Origin: Octopus bimaculoides | Lineage: Eukaryota | Assembly: GCF_001194135.2 (NCBI RefSeq) | Contig: NC_068999.1 | Span: forward strand, 34,415,864 to 34,479,863 | DNA: 64,000 nucleotides | Direction of reading: 5' to 3' | Shown here: piece after piece, positions 12,791 to 25,540 of the stretch | How positions within the stretch are numbered: the stretch's first letter is position 1 | How the letters are laid out: every line of letters starts with the position of its first letter | Notes under the pieces: model-generated | Told to the model about the DNA's origin: nothing | Databases searched by the model: none | Seen by the model: only the letters and a program-made list of their open reading frames with translations | Made by a program: the position numbers and the translations under genes

Positions 12791-14205
12791 CTAGATGAAA
12801 GGATTAGAAATTCTTGAAATCTATTCACACTATAAATATGTCAATGAATGACTATCACTGTTGTTGTTTATCACTTGAGCTGAACAAACCTAAGATTAAA
12901 GACATCTTAGCTGTGACCATCCTGTTTTTGGTGCTCGGGGAATATTAAGAAAATATTATAGCGACGATCTAGCGGAACTCTTAGAGAGTAGGATAAAAAA
13001 AAAAAGAAAGTTGCAGAATATTTTTCCGATTCTTTACGGTCGGAGTTTAAAATTTACACTTCACCCAAAGTAAAAATAAAGCATTAACTCAGGGCAGAAG
13101 ATTTATTTATCGGGGTACTGAATAAACTGGTTTGTGATATTTATTCCGGTTCTTAACGTTCCTTGTGAAACGAATTTGTCTTTTTCTATATCTGGCAAGA
13201 TGATCACTTCTGAACAAAACACAAAGCAACGAGACAGAATCTTTGGATTCTCCGAAGTTATGGCGGTTTACAAAGCTTTTCAAGGAAGTCATCGGAGACA
13301 CCTTTCTGTCCACCTTTAGATCGCAAGAAAAAGAAAAGAAGGAATGTTTTATCTAGTGTACTTTCAGAGAATGGTGTTTAACAAACCCTCATCTTCTGGG
13401 GTCAAACAGAAGCTAATTCTATGGTTTATTATTTATATTTCTTTGTACCATTCCATTTAGTATGTGCCTGTTTTGTTCGGACAAGTAACTCCTATGTTAT
13501 CAAAGAAGACTAGAAACTATCTATTGAAATTATACTGGCCCATGGAGCAACATCATTCATGTTTCTACTCATTGACTTCATATTTTAATCCCGATATGTT
13601 TTGGAAATATTTTAGAGATATTGTTTAGCTATCGGTGATTCAGTGGCAGAACGATTTCCTGCCATTCGAACGACCTGGTTTCTTTTCCCGGCCGCTGCAA
13701 AATTATTTAATTTGGTATATTACTTCAACCAACATTCTTAGAGTAGGCCATTCCAGATCGAGCAGATCTATGATCAAAGCTACCAAAATTTGTCTCCATA
13801 GCTCAGTATTCTTTTACTTGTTTCAGTCATTTAACTGCGGCTATGCTGGAGCATTGCCTTGAGCACTTCATATGAACGGGGGTTTATAATTCTTACTGGG
13901 CACTTTAGTGCTATATTTTAATGGTGGTGTCCCAGCATGATCACAGCCTTTAGGGTACAATACATAAAGGAGTAAAGAATATAATTTCTAAGTAAAAGAA
14001 AAACCTAAATCCTCTTAGCACCCAGTGACCCTTATAGAGCTACCACGACAATTCAGCCTCAAAGGAAGGGCTACCACCCAAGCTAAGGACGGCCAATTTA
14101 ATGCTGTTTCGAGAATGAGGCTGAGAGATAGAGTTAAATCTTCTAAACAAATTTTGTTATCCGACATGCACACACACACATTTTCACATAGACACGCACC
14201 CCAAC

Positions 14206-14240
<35 letters not shown>

Positions 14241-15589
14241 ACACTCACACACATATATACACAATTAATAATCTGATGATCTATTTTACATATTTACAAC
14301 TTTCTGTTTTGCTACTGCTGATGAATTAAAATATTACGTAGGTTTCAGAAGTTTACCACGATATTATGGAACACGTGTTTTCAATCTCAGATCTTTTCTT
14401 ATCTCTGCATAATTATGAACTAACAGATACAAAATAAGCCGCCTAACTGAGAGTTAAATTACAGGTGATATTAGTTATATTAATTTTTAAATTTTGCAAG
14501 GCTACCTTATGAGTGTACGGAACAGAGAAAAGAGAGTTTCGACAGATTCCCAAGCGTACCCCAACTCCCCAAAATCTTACACATGGTCTGGGCAAGGTAG
14601 ACTTAAATTCAGTTCTCCGATTCATTTAAGCGGAAACTCATATCAGTTCTTCGTCATTCAAGAAATGCGCACAAACAAGCGAACACATTCATACTCAACA
14701 GGTAACTTCTACAAACCTGATGTATTGAGCGCTTCTCTCTCATTCCTTCAATACACTTCAACATTTCTATGTATATGTACATGTGTGTGTGTAAACATCA
14801 CCAATGTAGCCTACTTAACATATGTGAGTAGTTGAACAGCCGCAGTTTCCGCACGGGAAGATCCCTTTATAGATGTATTGTGTTAAAAATCACAATATAC
14901 ATCAGAGCTAGGCGAAAGGAAAGCGACCTACGAACGTTGGTAATATGCTATTCCATTGATAAAAACTTTGCTAAATACTACACAATTTTAACCGCTGGTT
15001 ACAGAAAATTTACAAAAATTCAACCTTGATTATAGATTAATGAATTATAAAGGCTCAATAATTGCAAGATAATTTATTATATAGAGTTAATAATTATACA
15101 TTAGTAATAGGAACTTTGTATCCCTTGTTGCCATCCACCCATAATTATATAATTAATTTAATTTCTCAAAACTGACTACATTCCTACCGTTACCTATTAA
15201 ATAGTGTAAATTTGAGTTCTCTATAATTAACCGTTTGAAGTTATCTCTCCTTGGATTTGGCGTTCTAATACATATACAGAGGAAGTAGTTACTTATCTAT
15301 CTCCTCGTTTTAATAGATTAGTCTATATTTCGACTAGCTTATCTAATTTATTTAATATCCCGTTTTAATTATAATTACGTCTTTAATAATTTTGATAGGT
15401 GTAGGGGGTGAACCGATGGCACAAACTTGCCACCAGTACATTAATCTTAAAGAACAATTCTCTCAACAATTCGTTGAAAGTGATAAATCCCTAACTATCT
15501 ACCATATATTCGCAAATTTGCAAATATTCGAGTGAAATTTTAATCAGTGCCTAAATATAGACATTCCAGAATAATTCTTGAAAGATCTT

Positions 15590-15820
15590 CCGTTATGGAA
15601 GCCCCTTTGGCGCCACTGTTCTATCTCCCGGAAAGCAAAGCTCCGTATCTATATCGCATTGGCCCTCTCCATTCTCCCCTCTGGAGCAGAAACGTAGCCC
15701 CTATTGAACAGCCTGGCAAAGAGTATCGATGACTTCGATAGCAGAGCCCTGAGAACAATCGAGAACATCAGATGGTACCATCACATTTCCAACAAACAAC
15801 TGCTTGCGCGCACGCATACA
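15590..15820 (+). mobile_element. RTE-clade LINE fragment (C-terminal to RT), decayed
   Basis: One frame reads LWRHCSISRKAKLRIYIALALSILPSGAET*PLLNSLAKSIDDFDSRALRTIENIRWYHHISNKQLLART, matching the RTE motif K.RLY..LVLS.LLYG.ETW...F..R.LR.I..IRW...SN. The element probably resumes after the microsatellite, at about 15915-16050. Confidence 0.8.
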
Positions 15821-16222
15821 AGTACCACAACCACTAACGTACATATATATTTTACATACACACAGACATACATACGTATGTATGTGTGTGCCTGTGTGTG
15901 TACATATATATATCACGTGGATCTGAGGCCGATCCCACTGCCCGGCAACTCGGAAAAGTGTACTATTCTCTGACCTTGGTTGGCCTACATTACAACTGAA
16001 ATTGGTTTAAACAGAGACTGTCTAGAAGCCCATCGGACGGATTGTATCTGAAATTCAAAACTCCAGCCTTGTCATGCTGATTCTACCTGAGAATTGCTCT
16101 AACGACACATGCCCCTGACGTATACTCAGCCAGATACACGCTAATTCAATGAGCTTTGTATTTCAGTTGTTTGCAAACTGAAAACTCATACTCCGTAATT
16201 CTCACTAAGATCCATATGTGAT

Positions 16223-16325
<103 letters not shown>

Positions 16326-16828
16326 ACACATTCGTACGTGCAAGTATGATGCATCTTAAAAATGATGAAATGAGGGAAAGAAAAATGACATATTCATGAA
16401 CCAAAAATATAAACAAAAATTCAACTAGGACAATATTTGAAATCGAATATATATTTTTGTACTTTCGATTTCTATCTTGAAAAGAAAAGGGAGAAAAAAA
16501 ATCTGTAAAATTGGGCAACATTCACATCAATTTTTTTTTTCTGTTCAGAATATAAAAATGGAATCAACAGTTTTTTGTGGGGGTATTTAAAATTTATTGG
16601 ACTTATTTTACATTTCTTTGTTTGTTTTTGGTCAGTCTATTCCACCACACGCTCATTGTTATCATACACTCCCAGACGTACACAGAATTTATAATATGTA
16701 GTAATAAAGCATTCATTCATTGTTAAACTGTCCAGCAAAAGGCTTCATATATGTATGAATATACATACATATATATATATATATATATACACACATACAT
16801 ACATATATATATATATATATACACACAC

Positions 16829-16900
<72 letters not shown>

Positions 16901-16906
16901 GCACAC

Positions 16907-16952
<46 letters not shown>

Positions 16953-17997
16953 TATATACAGATATTTATGATTTAATAAGATGAATCAAAAGGGGTCAAA
17001 CTTACTTTCCCTCATCTTGCCCACCTCCTTTTATTTGGGGAGGGGGGATTTATTGGTTGTTGTTGCTTGTCGTCGTTGTTTTTGTTGTTGCTGCTGTTGT
17101 TTTTGTTAATTTATTATTTTTTTTTATTCTCTCGTTATTTCTCAAATGTTTTGAGAAGAAAATATAGAAAGAGAGTAGAGAAAGTGAAAGAGAGAGAGAG
17201 AAAGAAAAAAGAGATCTGCTGATGTTGTTCTTGTCACAGTTAATAGGCAATGTTTTTTCTAAAAACAAACAAACAAACAAACCTATGGTGTATTGGGATA
17301 TATATATATATATATATATAGTACGAAATCTGGCTTAAGAATATTCGAAGCAAACTGCCACTACTCCGAATTTCCCGCGCGCACTGCACGCTGAGGAACG
17401 AACACGTATGCACGGGAAGCATGAAGTAGCGATGCAGGGAGCCATCACATTTGGATGAATGAAAGAGACTCAACTATATATAATAAGTACACTTTCTGTT
17501 TGTATAAATAGTCAAGCGCACGCACATCCCTGCACACAAACACACACACCCATACGTAATGCACATTCTATATATAATAACTGTATGTATTTTGTATCTC
17601 TGTATATTTATATACATATGTATAGTAGTACATTTGATACATTCGGCAAGATAACTTAAAGAAAAAATATTAATAGGAACAATAAAAGGTCATAAGATTT
17701 AAATATTAAGAAAATGGTTAAAAACAATAAAATGATAGTTGCATAATTCATGTCATGGGAATTTGCATAATTTATGTCATGGGTTCTGATTTTCCTGTAA
17801 TTCATTTAAATGATGCATATCTTGTATTACGTCTAAACTAGAACTAGACACACAAACTAGGTCCACCGGCGGCAAAGCCTGTGCACAGTTCAGTTACCGG
17901 CTAGAAATAGCAATCACATCTATTTCAAATCACACGTTACAATTTTAACAGAGAGTAATCCAACCGTAGATGATATTGTATTAGATACACAAAATAG

Positions 17998-18028
<31 letters not shown>

Positions 18029-18189
18029 AAATAAACGGGGTGCTCACGCATAAAATGCCTTCGAAAACAGGTCTGATTCATTATAAATGGCCTCGAGCTA
18101 TAATCAGTACACCAAAGATACATGTGTGTGTGTGTGTGTATGTATGTGTGCGTGTGTGTGTGTGTGTGTGCGTGTGTGTGTGTGTGTAC

Positions 18190-18432
18190 GCCCGCGCGCG
18201 CGTGTTTGAATGTATGTATTCGTGTGCTTGTGTTTGACTTTCTTTTCCCAGTGCTTGACAACCGGTGCTGGATTACATCCCTTGACGTAGCAGTTCGGCA
18301 AAGGATTCTGATAGAATAAGTACCTGATTTTATGAAAAATAAGTAGAGGTCGATTTGTTTGACTAAATTCTTCAAAGTAGTGTTCCTGCTTGGCTGCAGT
18401 CCAATAATTGAATCGAGTAAAAGAATAAAAAG
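18190..18432 (+). mobile_element. SINE family B, 3' half
   Basis: GCTTGACAACCGGTGCTGG...GTTCGGCAAAAG...GATAGAATAAGTAC...GTCGATTTGTTTGACTAAA. Confidence 0.8.
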
Positions 18433-18435
18433 TGT

Positions 18436-18468
<33 letters not shown>

Positions 18469-19258
18469 CACACACACACACGCGCGCGCGCGCGCGCGCA
18501 CATATAGAAAGAGAGGTACATTATACCTTGTACTAAAGTGACCGACATCTAAATTTGATATAATTTATAATAATGGCTTCGAGATGCGTTGTGTATTTAT
18601 TCAGTGAGTGAGTGAGTGAGTGAGTGAGTGAGTGAGTGAGTGAGTGAGTGAGAGAGAGAGAGAGAGAGAGTGTGTGTAAATGGGACTAAAATACTTGGAA
18701 TAATTAATATTTTTGTGTTTGTATGCCAAACTTGTTAGTTGGCCGCTAGCAATATACATCAAATAACAATTCATTAATATATTTGTACCATCTTGCGCCT
18801 GCGCATAAACAAGGACTTTTTGCCTTTTCTTTCCTTCTTTCTTTTCTTTTTTGATTTAACAAAAGAAATCAATTTTCTTAAACTTGATGTAATTAATTAG
18901 ATAGGATAATTTCCTTTCAGCAGACTCGAGTCCAATCTTGTTGCTTTCCAAGAAGGTGCTTAGGTGATCCATTTGACAAATTTTATATGACTTACAAATA
19001 CTCCGAGTAGTGATTATTAATTTTTGCCTTGTCCAATGCATTTTCAGAAGTTCATTCTAAACATCCATGTTTATTTTCAGTCTTTAAGTTAGCCGTTTTT
19101 TCATACAATCCTTTCATGGACACCAAGTTATTCTGCTGGTTAAAAAAATTGGGTATGTGCATCATACCTATTCTTTCAGTTAACCCTTGTTTCATATCTT
19201 GTAATAATGAAAGGTTCCTTTCATCAGTCCCAAGATACCCTGGTTGTTGAAAGAAAAC

Positions 19259-19642
19259 TGGGTGGCTGTGTGGTAAGTAGCTTGCTTACGAACCACATGG
19301 TTCCGGGTTCAGTCCCACTGCGTGGCACCTTGGGCAAGTGTCTTCTACTATAGCCTCGAGCCAACTAAAGCCTTGTGAGTGGATTTGGTAGACAGAAACT
19401 GAAAGAAGCCCGCCGTATATATGTATATATATATATGTGTGTTTGTATATGTTTGTCCCCCTAATATCGCTTGACAAACGATGCTGGTGTGTTTACGTCC
19501 CCGTAACTTAGCGGTTCGGTAAAAAGAGACAGATAGAATAAGTACTAGGCTTACAAAGAATAAGTCCTGGAGTCGATTTGCTCGACTAAAGGCGGTGCTC
19601 CAGCATGGCTACAGTCAAATGACTGAAACAAGTAAAAGAGTA
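19259..19642 (+). mobile_element. Near-intact SINE family B (reference copy)
   Basis: tRNA-like head TGGCTGTGTGGTAAG...GGGTTCAGTCCC; GGCACCTTGGGCAAGTG (reminiscent of the CORE-SINE domain; inference); internal TA/TG linker; 3' end CCAGCATGGCTACAGTCAAATGACTGAAACAAGTAAAAGA. Confidence 0.92.
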
Positions 19643-19871
19643 TATGTATTATATGGTGTCCGGGAAATATAGCGTATGTATTACATATGATGCACTGGAA
19701 AGGCAATGGGTTAAAGACATCAGTCCAGCCAAGTTGCAAACTTAAAATAAAAGATTTTCTTTCATGTACCTTCAGACCATTTTCCTCTTCCTCGTTACAA
19801 ATTTCCTTGTAACACTCTTTAAATGCATATTTGTTAACATTTTGCAGGCACACGCTTTCGAGAGTGTAGAT

Positions 19872-20256
19872 CAGGATTTCCCAACCGCTTTTTTTTTTAT
19901 CTATGAACCCCTTTGATTAATATTTTATTCTGGTGGACCCCCTAGACATTCGATGCTTAAAAACTAGTTTTATACAAACTTCTTTCAAAATTCCTATTTT
20001 GTTTTTTTACATAATATGTAAAAAACAAAAAAAGAATTTTGAACTGGTGTCGGTTGAACTAAGCACAATGTTTGAGAAAGAAATCTAGCTGTTTCTTGCA
20101 ATACATGATTATAGATACGTACATCTAATGCAAAATTTTTCTTCAGGAGCCCTTAAAATGCTATTGTAGACAATTTACTATTTTGTTGCGTACCCCCTCT
20201 CCAATAGTATCATATGGACACTCATGGGCCATATGGATCCCGACTGAATATCCCTG
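19872..20256 (+). mobile_element. Non-autonomous hAT (Charlie-like) MITE with 8-bp TSD
   Basis: Begins CAGGATTTCCCAACC and ends GACTGAATATCCCTG (degenerate TIR). Flanked by identical GTGTAGAT at 19864-19871 and 20257-20264, an 8-bp TSD with central TA. Confidence 0.85.
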
Positions 20257-20459
20257 GTGTAGATTATGAACTTGGTAAAAAAATTTTATGAACGAGATTT
20301 ATAATGCACACCTTCAAAAAAGTGTCCTGCAAAATTTCACAAAAAAAAAAAAAAAAAAAAANNNNNNNNNNNNNNNNNNNNNNNNNNNNNNNNNNNNNNN
20401 NNNNNNNNNNNNNNNNNNNNNNNNNNNNNNNNNNNNNNNNNNNNNNNNNNNNNNNNNNN

Positions 20460-20529
<70 letters not shown>

Positions 20530-20546
20530 ATATATATGTATGTATG

Positions 20547-20579
<33 letters not shown>

Positions 20580-20592
20580 GCATATATATATC

Positions 20593-20631
<39 letters not shown>

Positions 20632-20634
20632 GTA

Positions 20635-20672
<38 letters not shown>

Positions 20673-21280
20673 AAGGCGCAACATTATTGACATCTAATTT
20701 TAGATCAATCTCTTTACCACTGTAATCTCAATCAGAGTATTATAATTATTATCTCGAACTAGAATAAAGCAAGATAAAGAGAGATCATACAGATATGTGA
20801 GAGTGGTTCTGTTAGAATATAGAGCAAATACCATTATCAGCAGCATCTTTGGAATTAACGTGAATGAATTATTTAGGAACAGGCAATTAAAAAAAAATTC
20901 TAATTAAAAATTAAAAATATAAGATATAATTACATCAATATCAACTCTTTTAGATTTTTAACGATGACAAATTACACAAACACAACAGCAGCACCAACAA
21001 GAATATCAGGTTAATGAAGAACAGAAAAATAAAATAAACATATATATATATATATATATATATTTAGATATATGTGTGTATATATATTTACATATATACA
21101 CACACACGCACATATATACACATATATTTGCATCATAAATATATCATATCTATATAAATATATATATATATGTGAATGAATATATATATACATATATACA
21201 CACATATACATACGTATATACATAGATATATGTAAATATGCATATATATATAAAACAGAAAGGAGACAAACAGAGAAGTA

Positions 21281-21870
21281 CTATGTATAGCTGACGAGCA
21301 CAGAAGTAGGGTGAATTGGGATATGTCCAAGCTTGCTCACCGGGGAATGTTCATTGCTAGGTGGTGTTGGCATCCCAGCACTTGTCTGACATACATACCA
21401 CTCGCTCAAGTTTGTATGATGATTAGGGGGTAGCGTTGGATTGGGAGCCAGTGGTAAGGAGGGAGGACTGCTCTGTGGTATTACTACTGCTTGTTGCTGT
21501 TGATGATGATGTTGTTGTTGTTGTGGTTGTTGTTGGTGTTGGTGTTGGTGATGTTGTTGTTGTGGTGGTGGTTGTGGTTGTTGTTGTGTCGGGGTATGGT
21601 TCTGAACAGCCGGTGATGCTGAGTTTGAATCACTGCTCGGACTGTTACTTATTGACTCCTCGTATGAACCGCCATGTGGCGGGGAACATTTGCCGTGAAC
21701 TTTCATGTGTTTCCGCAAAGAACTGGGATGTGTATAACTTTTGTCACAACCGCGAACTTTACAGTTGTAAGGTTTGTCACTTGTATGAACATGTGAATGT
21801 TTCTTCCGATCGGAACTATTGGCAAATCTGCGATCACAACCATCGAATTCACACTTGAAAGGTTTCTCTC
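21281..21870 (-). CDS. Zic: Terminal coding exon of a Zic/odd-paired zinc-finger transcription factor (ZF4, ZF5 and C-terminus; about 195 aa plus stop; partial gene)
   Basis: Manual translation from the acceptor (ttattttcag|GA GAG AAA) gives (G)[58 protein letters not shown], the diagnostic Zic ZF4-ZF5. It continues GKCSPP...polyQ/H...[24 protein letters not shown]...VSYT*, with TAG at 21283-21281. The phase-1 intron in the HTG|EKP linker matches the conserved Zic intron position. The ORF-track M at 21718 is an internal TTG, not the true start. Confidence 0.97.
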
Positions 21871-21905
21871 CTGAAAATAAAATAAAAAATGAAATAAATT
21901 AAGTA
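21871..21905 (-). promoter_or_regulatory. 3' splice acceptor and polypyrimidine tract of the Zic terminal exon
   Basis: The minus strand reads ttacttaatttatttcattttttattttattttcag immediately before the in-frame ZF linker. Confidence 0.9.
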
Positions 21906-22052
21906 ACAGTTCAATGAAGCAGTCAAAATAACAGACATTAAAAAAAATAATGTAATGCGAATTAAATAAATGTCTTCCTCCTAAATAAATTTCTTGTTTT
22001 TGAGGAAAAAAAATAAAAATAAAAAATACAAAACTAGCACAAAGATTTATAT

Positions 22053-22445
22053 CTTTTATCGTTTTTTACTTGTTTAAGTCATCAAACTGCGGCCATGCTG
22101 GAGCACCGGCTTGAAATCTTTAGTGGAATGAACTGACCCCAGTACTTTTTTTTATATTATTAAAACCTTGTACTTATTCTATCGGTGTTTTTGCCGAACT
22201 ACTAAGTTACAAAAACATAAACACACCAATATCGGTTGTCAAGCGATGGTGGGAGACAAACAGACACAAAAGGACACACACACACACACACATGACGGGT
22301 TCCTTACAGTTTCTTATTTCTTTATCCACTCATAATGCTTTGTTTAGCACGAGGCTATAGTAGAGAACACTTGCCCAAGGAGCCACGCAGTGGGACTGAA
22401 ACTGGAACTGTGTAAATGGGAAGCAAACTTCTTACCATACAAGCT
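22053..22445 (-). mobile_element. SINE family B, full length, in the Zic intron about 180 nt from the acceptor
   Basis: Reverse complement of the 19259-19642 copy along its whole length. Confidence 0.9.
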
Positions 22446-23520
22446 GAATTTTTAAGATTATATGGTAGGTGAAATGTCATTGTTTATATGCATGTATCTT
22501 AAGTAAAATACAGGTAAGAAATTCATTTTGCTATATTGAGGTCCCGACAGAGCATCATGAGCAATTATCTTCCGTATTGCTTCAGGCCAAACCATATATT
22601 GTGAGTAGAATTGGGCAGACGTTAACAAAAAAAAAAAAAAAAAAAAAAAAATTATGGGTAACATGACCAGGCACGTCACATACCGTGAAACTAACTCTGT
22701 CCGAGAATTAATATTAGTTAATGGGACAAATATATTTGGAATGCCCAGTATTGCACGTAGTTTTTAGTTGACTGAACGACTGGAATTCTCAACTTCGAAG
22801 CCGACGGAGAGCCGTCAATTTTTTCTTGTGAATGCGATCACCATGTTTATCATCACATCTTAAATTTGCTTATTGTATTTGAATGTAATTATCACGTGCA
22901 CGCGTGCACTCACACACACACATACACACACAGAGAAACTAAGACAGTACAAAAGTGAAAATATAGCGAAAATCCATCCTAGATAAAGTAATTTGGAATG
23001 CTACATTTTGAATAGGTGTGAACTATTAATTGTGAATGTCGACAAGACTTGTCGCCAATATTTCCTAAATAAGGTCAAATGTCAAGGATTTTAATTTAGA
23101 AAGGAAACGAAAGAGAGAGTGAAAGACAAAAAGGGAGGGAGAGAGAGGTGGAAAATAGAACGAAAGAAAAAGAGCAAGCTTTGCCGACATTGCTACAGTA
23201 TGGAATGTAGGAAGACGTCTTTCTGTCTTTCTCTTTTTGTTTTGAAAATGTTTTTACTAGTTGACCGCTGAGTCTGGCCGGGGTGGTATGATTTGTCAGG
23301 TGGGGTGTAAGGACTCTGGGGACAATCAGAGTAAAAGAATTCAGTGGCAGCAGATAGACGGATCTGAATAAAATCTGTCAATTTAGTGATGTTTTCAGCC
23401 AAGCCTGACATTGTTTTGCTTTTCAAAAGCTTTTGTGGGCGATCGACTGGCTAGAAATAGTTGCACACATTTTGTAAACACAGCCTACTGATTTGAAAAG
23501 GGAGAAAGGCGCACCTTCGA

Positions 23521-23753
<233 letters not shown>

Positions 23754-23769
23754 GCCCTGATACAATACC

Positions 23770-24290
23770 AGGCAGTGGCTCTCATGGTTTCTGATCTTAA
23801 CTGGTTGGAAGTGTTATCATGAACATTGTTTTGTCTCGGTATAAAAGATGGGCTACAGTAAATATTCTGTTCAATACCACAGATTTGCCTGTCAGTTATT
23901 TGACGTTAACCAGTTGAGCATGCCCCTTAGTGGCTGATGATATGTGCATCTGTGATCACGAGCGGAATTAGTGGGGGAGCATCATAGCCATGTGTTGAAA
24001 GGAATTCTTTGGGGTTTGAATAATTCACCTCTGGAAACATCTTGAGCGGGATGGGCTACTTGACTTGAAGAAAATTCTAACTGGACCCCACCTGCAATAT
24101 CAAGCGCTGTTTATATTGATAGGAGATCACCATGTCCCGCACAAATGGTTGTGATGCATGTGCCTGGTGTACCCTAATCAGACGAGCAGTCATGATGGGT
24201 ATACTGGGCTTCGTATATTTTACCCCAAATCAAGAGGCCTTGCCACGATTACAAAGCAATCTTCTGAACCAGTGGACTGTGTCAATACAC
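23770..24290. mobile_element. Unclassified interspersed repeat (probable)
   Basis: A high-complexity block that I recall as a common octopus repeat (TTGAGCATG.CCCTTAGTGGCTGA...GGGTATACTGGGCTTCGTATATTTTACCCC). Only one copy is in the window, so this cannot be verified internally. Confidence 0.4.
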
Positions 24291-24409
24291 TATATCTGAT
24301 TTTTAATTCTTTTAGTAGAATCAATCAATTGATAATTGGTCACAGGTGATATGCATCGTTCGTATGTGTGCTCATTGATATAGGATAATTTATTATAGTC
24401 ATGGTTAGG

Positions 24410-24640
24410 TTACAATCCGGGCCGCAGCAACAAAGTTCACCCGCCACACTTCTCGGTCCAACATCACTGCCTCGAGTCCAGGTCTATGTCTCCCGACCAA
24501 GTTGTCGAAGTGTGATGGCGTTTGCCTCATCTTACATAACCAGGAGGCAGGTTCCACAAGACCACTTTAGGATGTTTCCAATTCTGAAAGCATCCAAATT
24601 ATGATAACCAACATTTGAAGGAGAGTTGGCCGATGTTTTT
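24410..24640 (-). mobile_element. RTE-type LINE extreme 3' end, decayed
   Basis: Minus-strand frames read HPKVVLWNLPPGYVR*GKR and GLEAVMLDREVWRVNFVAAAR*, matching the RTE C-terminal LW.P..G.R.RG.....AM.DR..WR motif. Confidence 0.6.
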
Positions 24641-24694
24641 TTACAATTCTAAACAAACATGAAGAAACTCCCTGTTATTTATTAAGTGAGAGAA

Positions 24695-24890
24695 GACGGC
24701 GAAATAGCGTCGGGCAAAGCGTTTCACGGTATTTCTTCTAGATGTTTACGTTCTGAGTTCAAATGCTGCCGATGTTGACTTTACCGTTCATCCTTCTGAG
24801 GTCAGTAAATTAAGTACCAGTTATGCGCTAGGAACAATGTAATCGACATCCCCTCCTCTTAAGATTACTGGCTTGTGCCAAAATTAGCAT
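24695..24890 (+). mobile_element. SINE family A
   Basis: GACGGCGAAATAGC...TTTACGTTCTGAGTTCAAATGCTGCCGATGTTGACTTT...AAGTACCAGTT...GCTTGTGCCAAAATTAG. Confidence 0.8.
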
Positions 24891-25429
24891 TATGAGAGAG
24901 GGAGAAAGAGAGGGAGAGAGAAAGGTAGTGAAGGAAAGGCAGGGCAATAGAGAGTTCTTATATATTATCTAATAAATGGATTGGTCGTGGCTAAAATGCC
25001 ATTGATCAATAGTTCTTCCGAATAACAATAGTAAGCGTTACATTAGCTAAAATCGCAGTAAAGCTATGAATACCAGTCTAACACCACCACAGGGTCCTTG
25101 ACCCAGACCAGACCCCCGATTATCCACCATAACCATGTTTTCTTTGCGTTTTTTTTTTTTACTTTAGCTTTTGTTTTTTTTGGCTACAGGAATTATTAAT
25201 GTTGAAATTGAACATGAACCATCTCACTCTCGACAGTCTGGGATGGAGCGTAAATGTTTTAGGCATTGCTCCTCGGAGCTTAACTTATAAAGAATATATA
25301 ACTGAAGGATAGACAGAATATTATATAAATATAACTAAAGTAAAGAAGAAGAAAAGAATTATAAGAATGAATGAGGGACTGGGAAAACACAAGAGCAAGA
25401 AAGGATTTACTAGAGAGTGTCATACTGCA

Positions 25430-25540
25430 GAAGAAGAAGAAGAAGAAGAAGAAGAAGAAGAAGAAGAAGAAGAAGAAGAAGAAGAAGAAGAAGAAGAAGA
25501 AGAAGAAGAAGAAGAAGAAGAAGAAGAAGAAGAAGAAGAA
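25430..25540. repeat. (GAA)37 microsatellite
   Basis: Uninterrupted GAA run within a longer purine-rich segment (about 25280-25830). Confidence 0.97.

Noticed and set aside
14950-15560. Possible minus-strand RT remnant (TGGKFVPSV...KFT)
   Set aside because: Similarity is too weak to call without a profile search.
19259-19330. tRNA genes at SINE heads
   Set aside because: The A/B-box-like heads are followed by SINE bodies and do not form complete cloverleaves; no bona fide tRNA or rRNA gene was seen.
21436-21858. 140-aa plus-strand ORF
   Set aside because: Antisense shadow of the Zic exon.
23188-23210. TGGAATGTAGGAAG resembling miR-1/206
   Set aside because: No pre-miRNA hairpin; only a 5-6 bp stem, and the 3' half diverges.
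23193-23426. 77-aa minus ORF as an alternative Zic exon
   Set aside because: No Zic similarity and no convincing phase-1 donor.
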